Shown here piece after piece: positions 28,937 through 38,814 of a stretch of 48,860 bases of DNA. Source of the stretch: Candidatus Geohabitans tengchongensis (lineage in GTDB: Bacteria > Sysuimicrobiota > Sysuimicrobiia > Sysuimicrobiales > Humicultoraceae); NCBI GenBank assembly GCA_031459625.1, contig JAVKIH010000003.1, forward strand, positions 1-48,860. Direction: 5' to 3'. The notes below the pieces were generated by a model that saw nothing but the letters and a program-made list of their open reading frames with translations, did no database searches and was not told where the DNA came from. The position numbers and the translations under genes are program-made. How positions within the stretch are numbered: position 1 is the first letter of the stretch; every line of letters begins with the position of its first letter.

Positions 28937-29989
28937 ATGACGAGGATCCGAGGGTGGCTCGTCCTGGCCCTGGTGGCGGTGCTGGCGCTGGGGACCTGGG
29001 GCGGCATGGCGAGCGCGCAGGCGCGGACGCTGCGCATCGGGCTCGTCTACGACGTCGGCGGCCGGGGGGATCTCTCCTTCAACGACATGGCGGCCGCCGG
29101 CCTGGACCGGGCGGCCAAGACGTTCGCGGCCCGCATCGAGACCAAGGAACTGGAGCCGGCGGCGGGGGGCGAGAACCGGGAGGAGCTGCTCCGGCTGCTG
29201 GCCGGGGAGCGCTACGACCTGATCCTGGGGATCGGGTTCCTCTTCACCGACAGCATCACCCGGGTGGCGCGGGACTTCCGCGCCGTGCGCTTCGCCATCG
29301 TCGACGGCTTCATCGACAAGGAGCCCAACGTGGTCAGCCTGCTGTTCAAGGAGGAGGAGGGCTCCTTCCTGGTGGGCGCGGCGGCGGCGCTGAAGTCCAA
29401 GACGAACAAGATCGGCTTCGTCGGGGGGATGAAGATCCCGCTCATCGAGAAGTTCGAGGTGGGCTACATCGCCGGGGCGAAGTACGTCAAGCCCACCATC
29501 CAGGTCTTCAGCGACTACGCCGGGACCACCGGGGAGGCCTTCCGCGACCCGGTCAAGGGCAAGGAGCTGGCCAGCGCCCAGTACGACCGGGGGGCGGACA
29601 TCATCTACCACGCCTCGGGCGGGACCGGGATCGGGGTCTTCGAGGCCGCGGCCCTCAAGCGCAAGCTGGCCATCGGGGTGGACGCCGACCAGTCGCTCAC
29701 GGTCAAGCCCGAGCAGCGCCGGTACATCCTCACCAGCATGCTGAAGCGGGTGGACGTGGCCGTCTACGAGGCGATCCGCTCGGTGGTGAACGGCACCTTC
29801 AAGCCGGGCATCCGCACCTTCGGGCTGCGGGAGAACGGCGTGGGCTACGCCGTGAACCAGTACAACCGCAGCATGATCCAGGACATCGTCCCACGGCTGG
29901 AGGCTCTCAAGCGGGACATCGTAGCGGGGAAGATCAAGGTCCCCACGACCAAGGCCGAGCTGGAGGCCTTCCTCAAGGCGCGGCGGTAA
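28937..29989 (+). CDS. BMP-family ABC substrate-binding protein (nucleoside-type)
   Basis: Signal peptide; GGRGDLSFN, FKEEEGSFLVG, GADIIYHASG, AIGVDADQ, SMLKRVD. Confidence 0.9.
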   Translation: MTRIRGWLVLALVAVLALGTWGGMASAQARTLRIGLVYDVGGRGDLSFNDMAAAGLDRAAKTFAARIETKELEPAAGGENREELLRLLAGERYDLILGIGFLFTDSITRVARDFRAVRFAIVDGFIDKEPNVVSLLFKEEEGSFLVGAAAALKSKTNKIGFVGGMKIPLIEKFEVGYIAGAKYVKPTIQVFSDYAGTTGEAFRDPVKGKELASAQYDRGADIIYHASGGTGIGVFEAAALKRKLAIGVDADQSLTVKPEQRRYILTSMLKRVDVAVYEAIRSVVNGTFKPGIRTFGLRENGVGYAVNQYNRSMIQDIVPRLEALKRDIVAGKIKVPTTKAELEAFLKARR

Positions 29990-30038
29990 GCGGTAAGCCG
30001 TGGCGTCCGGGACGGCGACGGGGGATGGCCCGGGCGGG

Positions 30039-31019
30039 TCATCCCTCGTCGTGTCCTTCGCCGCCGGACGCCGCGGGCAGCGGCGCCGCGGGCGGCAGCG
30101 CGGGCGCCGGCGAAGGCCGTAGCAGGGAGAGGAGGATGGCCCCGCCGATCAGCACCGCCACGACGCCCAGCGAGAGCGTCACCGGGACGTGGACGAGGTC
30201 GCTGGCGGCCATCTTCCCGCCGATGAAGACGAGGACGAGGCCCAACCCGACGTGGAGGTAGCGGAAGCGCAGGAGCAGCCCCGCGATGAGGAAGTAGAGC
30301 GCGCGCAGGCCGAGGATGGCGAAGATGTTCGACGTGTAGACGATGAAGGGGTCGCGGGTGATGGCGAAGATCGCCGGGATGGAGTCCAGGGCGAAGACGA
30401 TGTCGGTGGCCTCGATGGCCACGAGCACGAGGAACAGCGGCGTGGCCATGAGGCGCCCACCCTGCCGGACGAGGAAGCGGGCACCCTCGTACCGCGGCGT
30501 GACGGGGAGGACCCGGCGGGCCAGCCGCACCGCCGGGTTGGCCTCGGGGTGGATCTCCTGCTCCTCGGACCGCAGCATCCGCACCCCGCTGACGATGAGG
30601 ATGGCGCCGAACGGGTAGATCACCCAGTGGAAGGTGGCCAGGAGCGCCGCCCCCACGACGATGAACACTCCCCGGGAGATGATGGCGCCGAGGATGCCCC
30701 AGAAGAGCACGCGGTGCTGGTAGGCCGGGGGGACGGCGAAGTAGCGGAAGAGGACGAGGAAGACGAAGAGGTTGTCGACGCTGAGCGACTTCTCGATCAG
30801 GTACCCGGTCAGGAACTCCAGGCCCCGCTCCGGACCGAACCAGACCCAGACGCCGGCGTTGAAGGCCAGGGCCAGGAGGATCCAGAAGACGCTCCACCCC
30901 AGCGCCTCGCGCGTGGCGATGACGTGGGCCTGCCGGTGGAGGCCCAGGTCCAGCGCCAGCATGGCCAGGATGAAGAGGGTGAAGCCGATCCAGAGCACGG
31001 GGGTGCCGACCGTCGTCAT
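30039..31019 (-). CDS. TerC/Alx family membrane protein
   Basis: MLALDLG, GYLIEKSLSVDNLFVF, QHRVLFWG, DIVFALDSIPAIFAIT, SNIFAILGLRALYF. Confidence 0.92.
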   Translation of the reverse strand: MTTVGTPVLWIGFTLFILAMLALDLGLHRQAHVIATREALGWSVFWILLALAFNAGVWVWFGPERGLEFLTGYLIEKSLSVDNLFVFLVLFRYFAVPPAYQHRVLFWGILGAIISRGVFIVVGAALLATFHWVIYPFGAILIVSGVRMLRSEEQEIHPEANPAVRLARRVLPVTPRYEGARFLVRQGGRLMATPLFLVLVAIEATDIVFALDSIPAIFAITRDPFIVYTSNIFAILGLRALYFLIAGLLLRFRYLHVGLGLVLVFIGGKMAASDLVHVPVTLSLGVVAVLIGGAILLSLLRPSPAPALPPAAPLPAASGGEGHDEG

Positions 31020-31100
31020 CTCCACCGGACCAGCGTAGCGGCCGCCAGGCCGCCCGGGAAGGGTCCCGGCCGCCAGGGCGGCGAAGTCGTTGACGCAGCC

Positions 31101-32633
31101 ATGGACGCCCGTACGCCCGTCATCGAACTCCGGCGGATCACCAAGCGCTTCCCCGGCGTCGTCGCCAACGACCGGGTGGACCTGGGCGTCCACGCCGGGG
31201 AGATCCACGCGCTGGTCGGGGAGAACGGCGCGGGGAAGTCCACGCTGATGAAGATCCTCTACGGCCTCTACCTGCCGGACGAGGGGGAGGTCGTGGTGCG
31301 CGGGCGGCCCGTGCGCCTGGAGTCGCCCCGCCAGGCCCTCCGGCTGGGGATCGGCATGGTGCACCAGCACTTCATGCTCATCCCGCGCTTCACCGTCACC
31401 GAGAACGTCATCCTCGGCGCCGAGCCGGTGCGCCGCGGGGACCGCCTGGCCCTCCGCGAGGCCGAGGCCGCGGTGGCGGCCATCGCGCAGCGCTACGGGT
31501 TCGCCATCGACCCGCGGGCGCTGGTGGCCGAGCTCTCCGTGGGGGAGCAGCAGCGCGTCGAGATCATCAAGGTGCTCTACCGCGGCGCCGAGGTCCTGAT
31601 CCTCGACGAGCCGACCGCCGTGCTGGCGCCGCAGGAGGTGGACGACCTCTTCGAGAACCTGCGCCGCCTGCGCGCCCAGGGCAAGACGATCATCTTCATC
31701 AGCCACCGCCTGGAGGAGGTCCTGGCCATCGCCGACCGGGTGACGGTCCTGCGCCGGGGGGCGGTGGTGGGAACGGTCCGGGCGGATGCGACCACGCGGG
31801 CCCAGCTGGCCGAGATGATGGTGGGGCGCCCCGTCCTGCTGGCGGTGGAACGGCGGGAGACGGTCCCGGGGCCGGTGCGGCTGCGCGCCGAGGGCCTGTG
31901 GGCGCTGGACGGGCGGGGGCTGCCGCGCGTGCGCGACGTGACCTTCGAGGTGCGCGCCGGGGAGATCTACGCGCTGGCCGGGGTGGAGGGGAACGGGCAG
32001 AGCGAGCTGGTCGAGGCCCTGGTGGGGCTCCGGCCCATCGCCCGCGGGCGCCTGTTCATCGACGGGCGGGACGTCACCCACGCCGGTCCGCGGGCCATCC
32101 GCCTGCTGGGCGTGGCCCACATCCCCGAGGACCGCCACCGGCGCGGCCTGGTCCTCCCCATGGAGGTGCGGGAGAACCTCGTCCTGGGGCACCACACGCG
32201 GCCCGAGTTCACCCGCGGCCCGCTGCTGCGCCAGGCGGCCGTGGACCGCTTCGCCGCCGACCGCGTGCGCGCCTACGACGTGCGCGTCCCCTCCCTGGCC
32301 ACCCCGGCGCTGGCGCTGTCGGGCGGCAACCAGCAGAAGGTGGTCGTCGCCCGCGAGTTCGCCTTCGACCCGCAGGTGCTGGTGGCGGCCCAGCCCACCC
32401 GCGGGCTGGACATCGGGGCCACCGAGTTCGTCCAGCAGCAGCTCATGGAGGCCAAGGCCCGGGGCATGGCCGTGCTGCTGGTCAGCGTGAGCCTGGACGA
32501 GGTCTTCTCCCTGGCCGACCGCATCGGGGTGCTCTTCCACGGCGAGGTGGTGGGGGAGTTCCGGCGGGGCGAGGTCACCCCGCAGGAGGTGGGCCTCTAC
32601 ATGACCGGCGCGAAGCGCCAGGTCCCCGCGTGA
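31101..32633 (+). CDS. ABC transporter ATP-binding protein (two-domain, nucleoside/sugar type)
   Basis: GENGAGKST, LSVGEQQRVEI, ILDEPT, IPEDR, LSGGNQQK, QPTRGLD. Confidence 0.93.
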   Translation: MDARTPVIELRRITKRFPGVVANDRVDLGVHAGEIHALVGENGAGKSTLMKILYGLYLPDEGEVVVRGRPVRLESPRQALRLGIGMVHQHFMLIPRFTVTENVILGAEPVRRGDRLALREAEAAVAAIAQRYGFAIDPRALVAELSVGEQQRVEIIKVLYRGAEVLILDEPTAVLAPQEVDDLFENLRRLRAQGKTIIFISHRLEEVLAIADRVTVLRRGAVVGTVRADATTRAQLAEMMVGRPVLLAVERRETVPGPVRLRAEGLWALDGRGLPRVRDVTFEVRAGEIYALAGVEGNGQSELVEALVGLRPIARGRLFIDGRDVTHAGPRAIRLLGVAHIPEDRHRRGLVLPMEVRENLVLGHHTRPEFTRGPLLRQAAVDRFAADRVRAYDVRVPSLATPALALSGGNQQKVVVAREFAFDPQVLVAAQPTRGLDIGATEFVQQQLMEAKARGMAVLLVSVSLDEVFSLADRIGVLFHGEVVGEFRRGEVTPQEVGLYMTGAKRQVPA

Positions 32634-33811
32634 GCCTGCCGGCGCGCCTCCTACTGCTGCAGGTCCTGACGCCGCTGCTGGCCATCCTCTTCGGGGCGGT
32701 GGTGGCGTCGGGCATCCTGCTGGCCATCGACCGGGACCCGCTGGCGGTCTACGGGCAGATGCTGCGCTTCACCCTGACGCGGGCGGACAGCCTGGCCTCG
32801 ATCTTCTTCAAGGCCACGCCGCTGATCCTGGCCGGCCTGGCGGCGGCGCTGGCCTTCCGCGCGTCGCTGTGGAACATCGGCGTGGAGGGCCAGTACTACG
32901 TCGGGGCGATCCTGGCCGCCTACGTGGGGTTCGCCGTGCGCGGCCTGCCCGCGGTGGCGCACCTGCCGCTGGCGGTGCTGGCCGGGGCGGCCGGCGGCAT
33001 GGCCTGGGCCTTCCTGCCCATCGCCCTGCGCCTGCGGCGGGGTGCCCATGAGGTCATCACCACGATCATGATGAACTACATCGCCGCCGCCCTCGTCCTC
33101 TACCTGCTCGAACCGGGGCTGCTGCGCGACCCCGCCCAGGCGGGGACCCCGCGCGTGCGCACCCCCGACGTCCTGCCCGGCGCCCGGCTGCCCTCGCTGC
33201 GGCCGGTGCTCGACCTGGTGGGGCTGCAGATCCCCGGCTACTCCAGCCTGAACTGGATGCTGGTGGTGGGGCTCCTGCTGTGCGTCCTCTTCGCCCTGGT
33301 CCTGCGCCGCACGACCTTCGGCTTCGAGGTGCGCGCCGTGGCGGCCAACCCCCAGGCGGCCGAGGCGGCGGGCATCCCGCTCGGGCGCGTGCTCTTCACG
33401 ATGTTCCTGCTCAGCGGGGCCGTCGCCGGGCTGGTCGGGCTGAGCGACACGCTGGGCTTCTTCGGCTACTTCGACATCGACTTTCCCAAGGGCTACGGCT
33501 TCCTGGGCATCTCGGTGGCGCTGCTGGCGCGCAACCACCCCGTGGGCGTCATCCCGGCGGCGCTCCTGCTGGCCTTCCTCGACCGCGGGGCCCAGGGGGT
33601 GCAGGTCTTCGCCGGGGTGCCGCGCGAGGTCATCGCCATCATGCAGGGCGTGATCATCCTGGCCATCGTCGTGGCTTACGAGCTGCTGACGCGCTACCTC
33701 CGCGCCCTGCGCAAGCGCGAGGCCGCCCGGGCCGAGCCCGCCCGCGCGCTGCTGCCGGCGCTCGGGGAGGGCCGGCGGGCGGGGGAGGCGGCCGGAGGCG
33801 GCGGGCCGTGA
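32630..33811 (+). CDS. ABC transporter permease 1 (nucleoside-type)
   Basis: WNIGVEGQ, HEVITTIMMNY, GFEVRAV, GISVALLA; GTGA overlap. Confidence 0.9.
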   Translation: MSLPARLLLLQVLTPLLAILFGAVVASGILLAIDRDPLAVYGQMLRFTLTRADSLASIFFKATPLILAGLAAALAFRASLWNIGVEGQYYVGAILAAYVGFAVRGLPAVAHLPLAVLAGAAGGMAWAFLPIALRLRRGAHEVITTIMMNYIAAALVLYLLEPGLLRDPAQAGTPRVRTPDVLPGARLPSLRPVLDLVGLQIPGYSSLNWMLVVGLLLCVLFALVLRRTTFGFEVRAVAANPQAAEAAGIPLGRVLFTMFLLSGAVAGLVGLSDTLGFFGYFDIDFPKGYGFLGISVALLARNHPVGVIPAALLLAFLDRGAQGVQVFAGVPREVIAIMQGVIILAIVVAYELLTRYLRALRKREAARAEPARALLPALGEGRRAGEAAGGGGP

Positions 33812-34791
33812 GCGAAGTCCCGGAACTCCTCCGGACGCTGCTCAGCGCAGCACTCCTGGCCTCCGCGGTCCGGCTCACCGTGCCCATCCTGCTGGCGGCG
33901 CTGGGGGCGGTCTTCACCGAGCGCGGCGGGGTGGTGAACATCGGCCTGGAAGGCATGATGATCATGGGCACCTTCTGGGGTGCCGCCGCCACCTACTTCA
34001 CCGCCCAGGCCCTGCCGGGGCTGGTGGCCGCCGTCCCCGACCTGGCCCCGCTCGCCGGCATGGGCGCCGCGGTGCTGGCCGGCATGGCGCTCGCCCTGGT
34101 CCACGCCGTCGTCACCGTCACCTTCCGGGTGGACCAGATCATCAGCGGGGTGGCCCTCAACCTCCTGGCCGTGGGCCTGGCCCGGTTCCTCAACATCCTC
34201 TTCTTCCGGGTGGCCACGCAGTCGCCGGGGATCGAGGGGTTCACGCCCATCTCCCTCCCGCTGCTGCGCGACCTCCCCGCGCTGGCGCCGGTGGCGCGCA
34301 ACCTCTCCCCGGTCATCCCGCTGGCCCTCCTCCTGGTGGTGGCGGGGCACTGGGTGCTGGTGCGCACGCGCTTCGGCCTGCGGCTGCGCGCGGTGGGGGA
34401 GCACCCGCTGGCCGCCGACACCCTCGGCATCGACGTCTACCGCATGCGCTACCTGGGGGTGCTGCTGAGCGGGGCGCTGGCCGGCTTCGCCGGCGGGTAC
34501 CTGGCCATCGAGCAGGGCCACGGGTACCTGGAGGGGATGACGCAGGGGCGCGGCTTCATCGCGCTGGCCGCCATGATCTTCGGCAACTGGTGGCCGGTAG
34601 GGGCCCTGGGGGCGTCGGCGCTCTTCGGCTACTTCGACGCGCTCAGCCTGCGCGTCGTGGCGCTGCGCATCCCGTACCAGTTCATCACCGTCCTGCCCCA
34701 CATCGTCACGATCCTCGTGCTGGCCGGGGTGGTGCGCCGCGCCCAGCCGCCGGCCGCCGACGGGATCCCCTACGCCAAGGAGGAGGAGTGA
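33808..34791 (+). CDS. ABC transporter permease 2 (nucleoside-type)
   Basis: ERGGVVNIGLEG, DQIISGVALN, GLRLRAVGE, GRGFIALAA; GTGA overlap. Confidence 0.9.
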   Translation: MSEVPELLRTLLSAALLASAVRLTVPILLAALGAVFTERGGVVNIGLEGMMIMGTFWGAAATYFTAQALPGLVAAVPDLAPLAGMGAAVLAGMALALVHAVVTVTFRVDQIISGVALNLLAVGLARFLNILFFRVATQSPGIEGFTPISLPLLRDLPALAPVARNLSPVIPLALLLVVAGHWVLVRTRFGLRLRAVGEHPLAADTLGIDVYRMRYLGVLLSGALAGFAGGYLAIEQGHGYLEGMTQGRGFIALAAMIFGNWWPVGALGASALFGYFDALSLRVVALRIPYQFITVLPHIVTILVLAGVVRRAQPPAADGIPYAKEEE

Positions 34792-34802
34792 GCGCGCTCC
34801 TC

Positions 34803-35155
34803 ATGGGCGTCACGTACATCGAAGGGACCGTCCGGGAACCGAATGCGAGGGAGGCGACCGTACGCTTCCTCGTGGACAGCGGCGCCACCTACACGCTCCT
34901 GCCCCACGAGGTCTGGCGGCACCTGGGTCTCACCCCACCAGGCGCGTGACGTTCATGCTGGCCGATGGGACGGCTGTCGAGCGGGGCGTGTCGGAGTGTG
35001 ACATCATCCTCCCCCAGGGCGAGGCGCGCACCCCGGTGATCCTGGGGGAACCGGGGGACGAGGCCCTGCTCGGAGTGGTGACCCTGGAGATCCTCGGCCT
35101 GGTCCTCAACCCCTTCACGCGACAGCTCCAGCCGATGCGGATGATATTGGCCTGA
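34803..35155 (+). pseudogene. Clan AA (retropepsin-like) aspartic protease split by a 1-nt frameshift
   Basis: Frame 1 (34803-34949) has FLVDSGATYTLLP; frame 2 (34946-35155) has LADG and ALLGVVTLEILGL; one extra C at 34933-34936 joins them. Confidence 0.75.
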
Positions 35156-35275
35156 GGCCGCGTTCGCGGAGGCCGGTGGCGAAAGTCGGGCCGTCGGTCC
35201 GCACCGGGGCGGTGGAGGGAGGGAGTGTTCCGACACCGAAGGGCGGCAGAGAGGCTGCACGCGGAGGTGAGGCCC

Positions 35276-36967
35276 GTGGCCGTTCGTCCCGAGGAGATCG
35301 TCTCACCGCCGTGGGTCCGCTTCTACGACCCCGGCGTCCCGGCCCACCTGACCTATCCGGATCACCCCGTCCACCACCTGCTGGAGCAGGCAGCCCGGCG
35401 CTACGGCCCGCGCCCCGCTCTGGTCTTCTTCGGGCGCCCGCTCTCCTATGCCGCCCTGGACACGCTGGCCACCCGGTTCGCCGCCGGGCTGCAGCGCCTC
35501 GGCGTGGAGCCGGGGACGCCGGTCTCCCTCCACCTGCCCAACTGTCCCCAGTTCGTCATCGCCTACTACGGCATCCTGAAGGCCGGCGGTGTGGCCGTCC
35601 CCCACAACCCGCTCTACACCGAGCGCGAGGTGGCCCACCAGCTCCAGGACGCCGGCGTGCGCGTGGCCGTCACCCTCGACCTGGTGACCCCCGCGGTGCT
35701 GCCGGCCGCCCGCCGCGCCGGCGTCCGCGACGTCGTCGTCACGCCCATCACCGCGTACATGCCGCTGCCCCTGCGGCTCCTCTACCCGCTTAAGGCCGCG
35801 CGCGAGGGGCAGCGCGTGCGCGTCCCGTGGGGGCCCGGCCTGCACCGGTTCGCCACGCTGCTCCAGCCGGCGCCGCTGCGCCCGGTGGCGGTGCGGCCGG
35901 ACGACCCGGCCCAGTACCAGTACACCGGCGGCACCACCGGCACCCCGCAGGCCGCGGTCCTCACCCACCGCAACCTGGTGGCGAACGTCACGCAGGTGGT
36001 GGCGTGGAACCCCCGGGCGCAGCCCGGCGCGGAGACCGCCATGGCGGTGCTGCCCTTCTTCCACATCTACGGCCTCACGGCCGTCCTCAACGCCGGATTC
36101 GCCCAGGGGCAGACGCTCGTCCTGATCCCGCGCTTCGACCCGTCCCTGGTCCTGCGGGCGGTGCGGCGCCACCGCCCCACCTACTTCCACGGCGTGCCCA
36201 CCATGTACATGGCGCTGCTGGCCCACCCGGCGCTGGCACGCACGCCGCTCGGCTCCATCCGCGCCTGCATCAGCGGGGCGATGGCCCTGCCGGTGGCCGT
36301 GCAGCAGGAGTGGGAGGCCCGGACGGGCGGCCGCCTGGTGGAAGGGTATGGGCTGACCGAGGCCGCGCCGGTCACGCACTGCAACCCGGTGTGGGGCCAC
36401 CGGAAGACCGGGAGCATCGGAATCCCGCTGCCCGACACCGAGGCGCGCATCGTCGACCCCGAGACGGCGCAACCGCTGCCCCCGGGCGAGGTGGGCGAGC
36501 TGGCGGTGCGCGGGCCCCAGGTGATGGCCGGCTACCTGCGCCAGCCGGAGGCCACGGCGCGGGCGCTGCGCGACGGCTGGCTGCTCACCGGGGACATGGC
36601 GCGCATGGACGAGGACGGCTTCTTCTACCTGGTGGACCGCAAGAAGGAGATGATCAACGTCGGCGGGCTCAAGGTCTTCCCGCGGGAGGTGGAGGAGGTC
36701 CTCTACGAGCACCCGGCCGTGCGCGAGGCCGCGGTGGTGGGGATGCCCGACCGGGAGCGCGGCGAGCGGGTGAAGGCGTTCGTGGCGCTCAAGCCGGGGG
36801 CCACGGTGACCGCGGAGGCGCTCATCGCTCACTGCCGCGAACGCCTGGCCCCGCACAAGGTGCCCCGGGCCATCGAGGTGCGGGAGACGCTGCCGAAGAG
36901 TCTGATCGGCAAGGTGCTGCGACGGGTGCTGGCGGAGGAGGCCCGCGCCGGAGCGGGGACGCCCTGA
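35276..36967 (+). CDS. Long-chain fatty acid--CoA ligase (ANL superfamily)
   Basis: YTGGTTG.P, LPFFHIYG, EGYGLTE, TGDMA, DRKKEMI, GKVLRR; GTG 35276 after GGAGGTGA. Confidence 0.88.
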   Translation: MAVRPEEIVSPPWVRFYDPGVPAHLTYPDHPVHHLLEQAARRYGPRPALVFFGRPLSYAALDTLATRFAAGLQRLGVEPGTPVSLHLPNCPQFVIAYYGILKAGGVAVPHNPLYTEREVAHQLQDAGVRVAVTLDLVTPAVLPAARRAGVRDVVVTPITAYMPLPLRLLYPLKAAREGQRVRVPWGPGLHRFATLLQPAPLRPVAVRPDDPAQYQYTGGTTGTPQAAVLTHRNLVANVTQVVAWNPRAQPGAETAMAVLPFFHIYGLTAVLNAGFAQGQTLVLIPRFDPSLVLRAVRRHRPTYFHGVPTMYMALLAHPALARTPLGSIRACISGAMALPVAVQQEWEARTGGRLVEGYGLTEAAPVTHCNPVWGHRKTGSIGIPLPDTEARIVDPETAQPLPPGEVGELAVRGPQVMAGYLRQPEATARALRDGWLLTGDMARMDEDGFFYLVDRKKEMINVGGLKVFPREVEEVLYEHPAVREAAVVGMPDRERGERVKAFVALKPGATVTAEALIAHCRERLAPHKVPRAIEVRETLPKSLIGKVLRRVLAEEARAGAGTP

Positions 36968-37038
36968 CGGGACGGCAGGGGATTCCGCCCCGCAGTCGGG
37001 AACACCTCCAACAGGAGAGGCTCCCCGAGGTGAGCCGG

Positions 37039-37965
37039 ATGGGCGGGTACCACGAGTTCCACGTGAGCGACGAGATCCAGGTGGCGCTGGGCCTGGAGGC
37101 GGCGGTGGTGGCGCTGGAGTCGGCTGTGGTCACGCACGGCCTGCCGCATCCTGCCAACCTGGAGGCGGCGGAGCGGATGGCTTCTGCGGTGCGGCGGGCC
37201 GGGGCCGTGCCCGCCATGGTGGCCGTGCTGGAGGGCCGCATCACCGTGGGCGTGGGGCCGGACGAGCTGAGCAGGCTGGCCGACGCCCGGGGGGTGAAGG
37301 TGGCGCGTCGCGACCTGCCGGTGGCGCTGGCGCGCGGAGCCACCGGCGGGACGACCGTCTCGGCCACGCTGGCCGTGGCCCACGCCCTGGGGGTGCGGGT
37401 GCAGGCCACCGGCGGCATCGGCGGGGTCCACCTCGGCGCCGAGCGGACGTGGGATGTTTCGGCCGACCTGGACGAGCTCACCCGCCGCCCGCTGGTGCTC
37501 GTGGCCTCGGGGACCAAGGCGATCTGCGATCCGGGGGCGACGCTGGAGGCGCTCGATACCCGCGGGGTGACGGTCGTGGGCTTCGGGACCGACCGCTTCC
37601 CCCTCTTCTACATGCCGGACAGCGGCTACCCCGTCCCCTGGGAGGTCGACTCCCCGGCCGAGGCGGCGGCGATCTACCGGGCCAAGCAGCGTCTGGGCGA
37701 CCCGTCGGCGCTGCTGGTCTGCCACCCGCCCCCGCCTGACGCCCGACTGCCGGCAGGGCTGGTGCGCGAGGCCGTGGCGCGGGCCGTGGAGGCGGCGGCG
37801 CGGGAGGGCATCCGCGGCGGGGACCTGACGCCCTACCTCCTGGCCGAGGTCGACCGGCTGACCCAGGGGGCGGCGGTGCGCGCCAACCTGGCGCTGCTCG
37901 AAGCCAACGCCGCCCTGGCCGCGCGCATCGCCCTGGCCCTGACCGAGGAGCGCCTCCCCGCCTAG
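37039..37965 (+). CDS. psuG: Pseudouridine-5'-phosphate glycosidase
   Basis: ALES...HGLP, K..RRD, TTVSAT, ATGGIGGVH, DVSADL, SG.KAI.D, TPYLL. Confidence 0.9.
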   Translation: MGGYHEFHVSDEIQVALGLEAAVVALESAVVTHGLPHPANLEAAERMASAVRRAGAVPAMVAVLEGRITVGVGPDELSRLADARGVKVARRDLPVALARGATGGTTVSATLAVAHALGVRVQATGGIGGVHLGAERTWDVSADLDELTRRPLVLVASGTKAICDPGATLEALDTRGVTVVGFGTDRFPLFYMPDSGYPVPWEVDSPAEAAAIYRAKQRLGDPSALLVCHPPPPDARLPAGLVREAVARAVEAAAREGIRGGDLTPYLLAEVDRLTQGAAVRANLALLEANAALAARIALALTEERLPA

Positions 37966-37970
37966 CGCCC

Positions 37971-38759
37971 GTGCCGGGAGAGGACGCCGCTCCGGAGGGG
38001 TTCGGCCCGGCGCTGCGGCACGCCCGGGAACGGGCCGGCCTCTCCCTGGCCGACGTCGCCCGGCTGACCAGGATCCGCGAGACCTACCTGGCAGCGCTGG
38101 AACGCGAAGACCTGGCGGCGCTGCCCCCGCCCATCTACGCGCGCGGCTACCTGCGGGCCTATGCCCGCCTGCTGGGGTTGGACCCCGCCCCGCTGGTCGC
38201 CGCCTTCAACCGCGCGGTTCCGCCGGCCCCGCGGCCTCATGGCGGCCCCGGCGAGATCATCATCGAGCCCGGCGCGCCGCCCAGCCCGGTGCAACGCTAC
38301 CTCCGCTACGCGGCCTGGGGGGCACTGGCGCTGGGGCTCTTCCTCACGTACGTCCTGATCGTGCAGGTGGTCGAGTTCGCCCGGCCCCTCCCGCCGGCAC
38401 CACAGGCGGCGGCTACCGCGGTCCCCTCCCCTGGGGGCCGGCCTTTCGCCGAAGCGTCCCCGCCGCCGGCACCCGCGGTGGCGCCTTCGCCGACGCCGGA
38501 GGCCCCCACCGGCGTGACGCTCACCGTCTCCGTCCACGAGGCCTCCTGGCTGCGGGTCACCGCCGACGGCGACCGGGTCTTCCAGGGGATCCTGCAGGCC
38601 GGCGAAGCCCGCACCTGGCGGGCGGAGCGCCAAGTGACCATACGGATCGGGAATGCGGGAGGGGTCGACCTGACGGTGAACGGGGAACCGCTCGGCCGCC
38701 TCGGGGCGCGTGGGGAAGTGGTGACCCGGACCTTCCGCGCCACCTCTCCGATGCCCTGA
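37971..38759 (+). CDS. rodZ: RodZ-like protein (N-terminal HTH, one TM, DUF4115-like C-terminus)
   Basis: G..LR.ARE..GLSL, YL.ALE, YARGYLRAYA, TM helix, SWLRV..DG, IGNAGGV. Confidence 0.85.
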   Translation: MPGEDAAPEGFGPALRHARERAGLSLADVARLTRIRETYLAALEREDLAALPPPIYARGYLRAYARLLGLDPAPLVAAFNRAVPPAPRPHGGPGEIIIEPGAPPSPVQRYLRYAAWGALALGLFLTYVLIVQVVEFARPLPPAPQAAATAVPSPGGRPFAEASPPPAPAVAPSPTPEAPTGVTLTVSVHEASWLRVTADGDRVFQGILQAGEARTWRAERQVTIRIGNAGGVDLTVNGEPLGRLGARGEVVTRTFRATSPMP

Positions 38760-38763
38760 AGAC

Positions 38764-38797
38764 GGGCGCCGCCCCGGGGGGATCCGGAGCGGCGCCC
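38764..38797. terminator. GC hairpin between convergent rodZ and hup
   Basis: GGGCGCCGC (38764-38772) pairs with GCGGCGCCC (38789-38797). Confidence 0.45.
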
Positions 38798-38814
38798 GGT
38801 CGTCGTCTGGCCGG

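Noticed and set aside
31020..31100. yybP-ykoY manganese riboswitch upstream of terC
   Set aside because: Region too short and no recognisable aptamer motifs.
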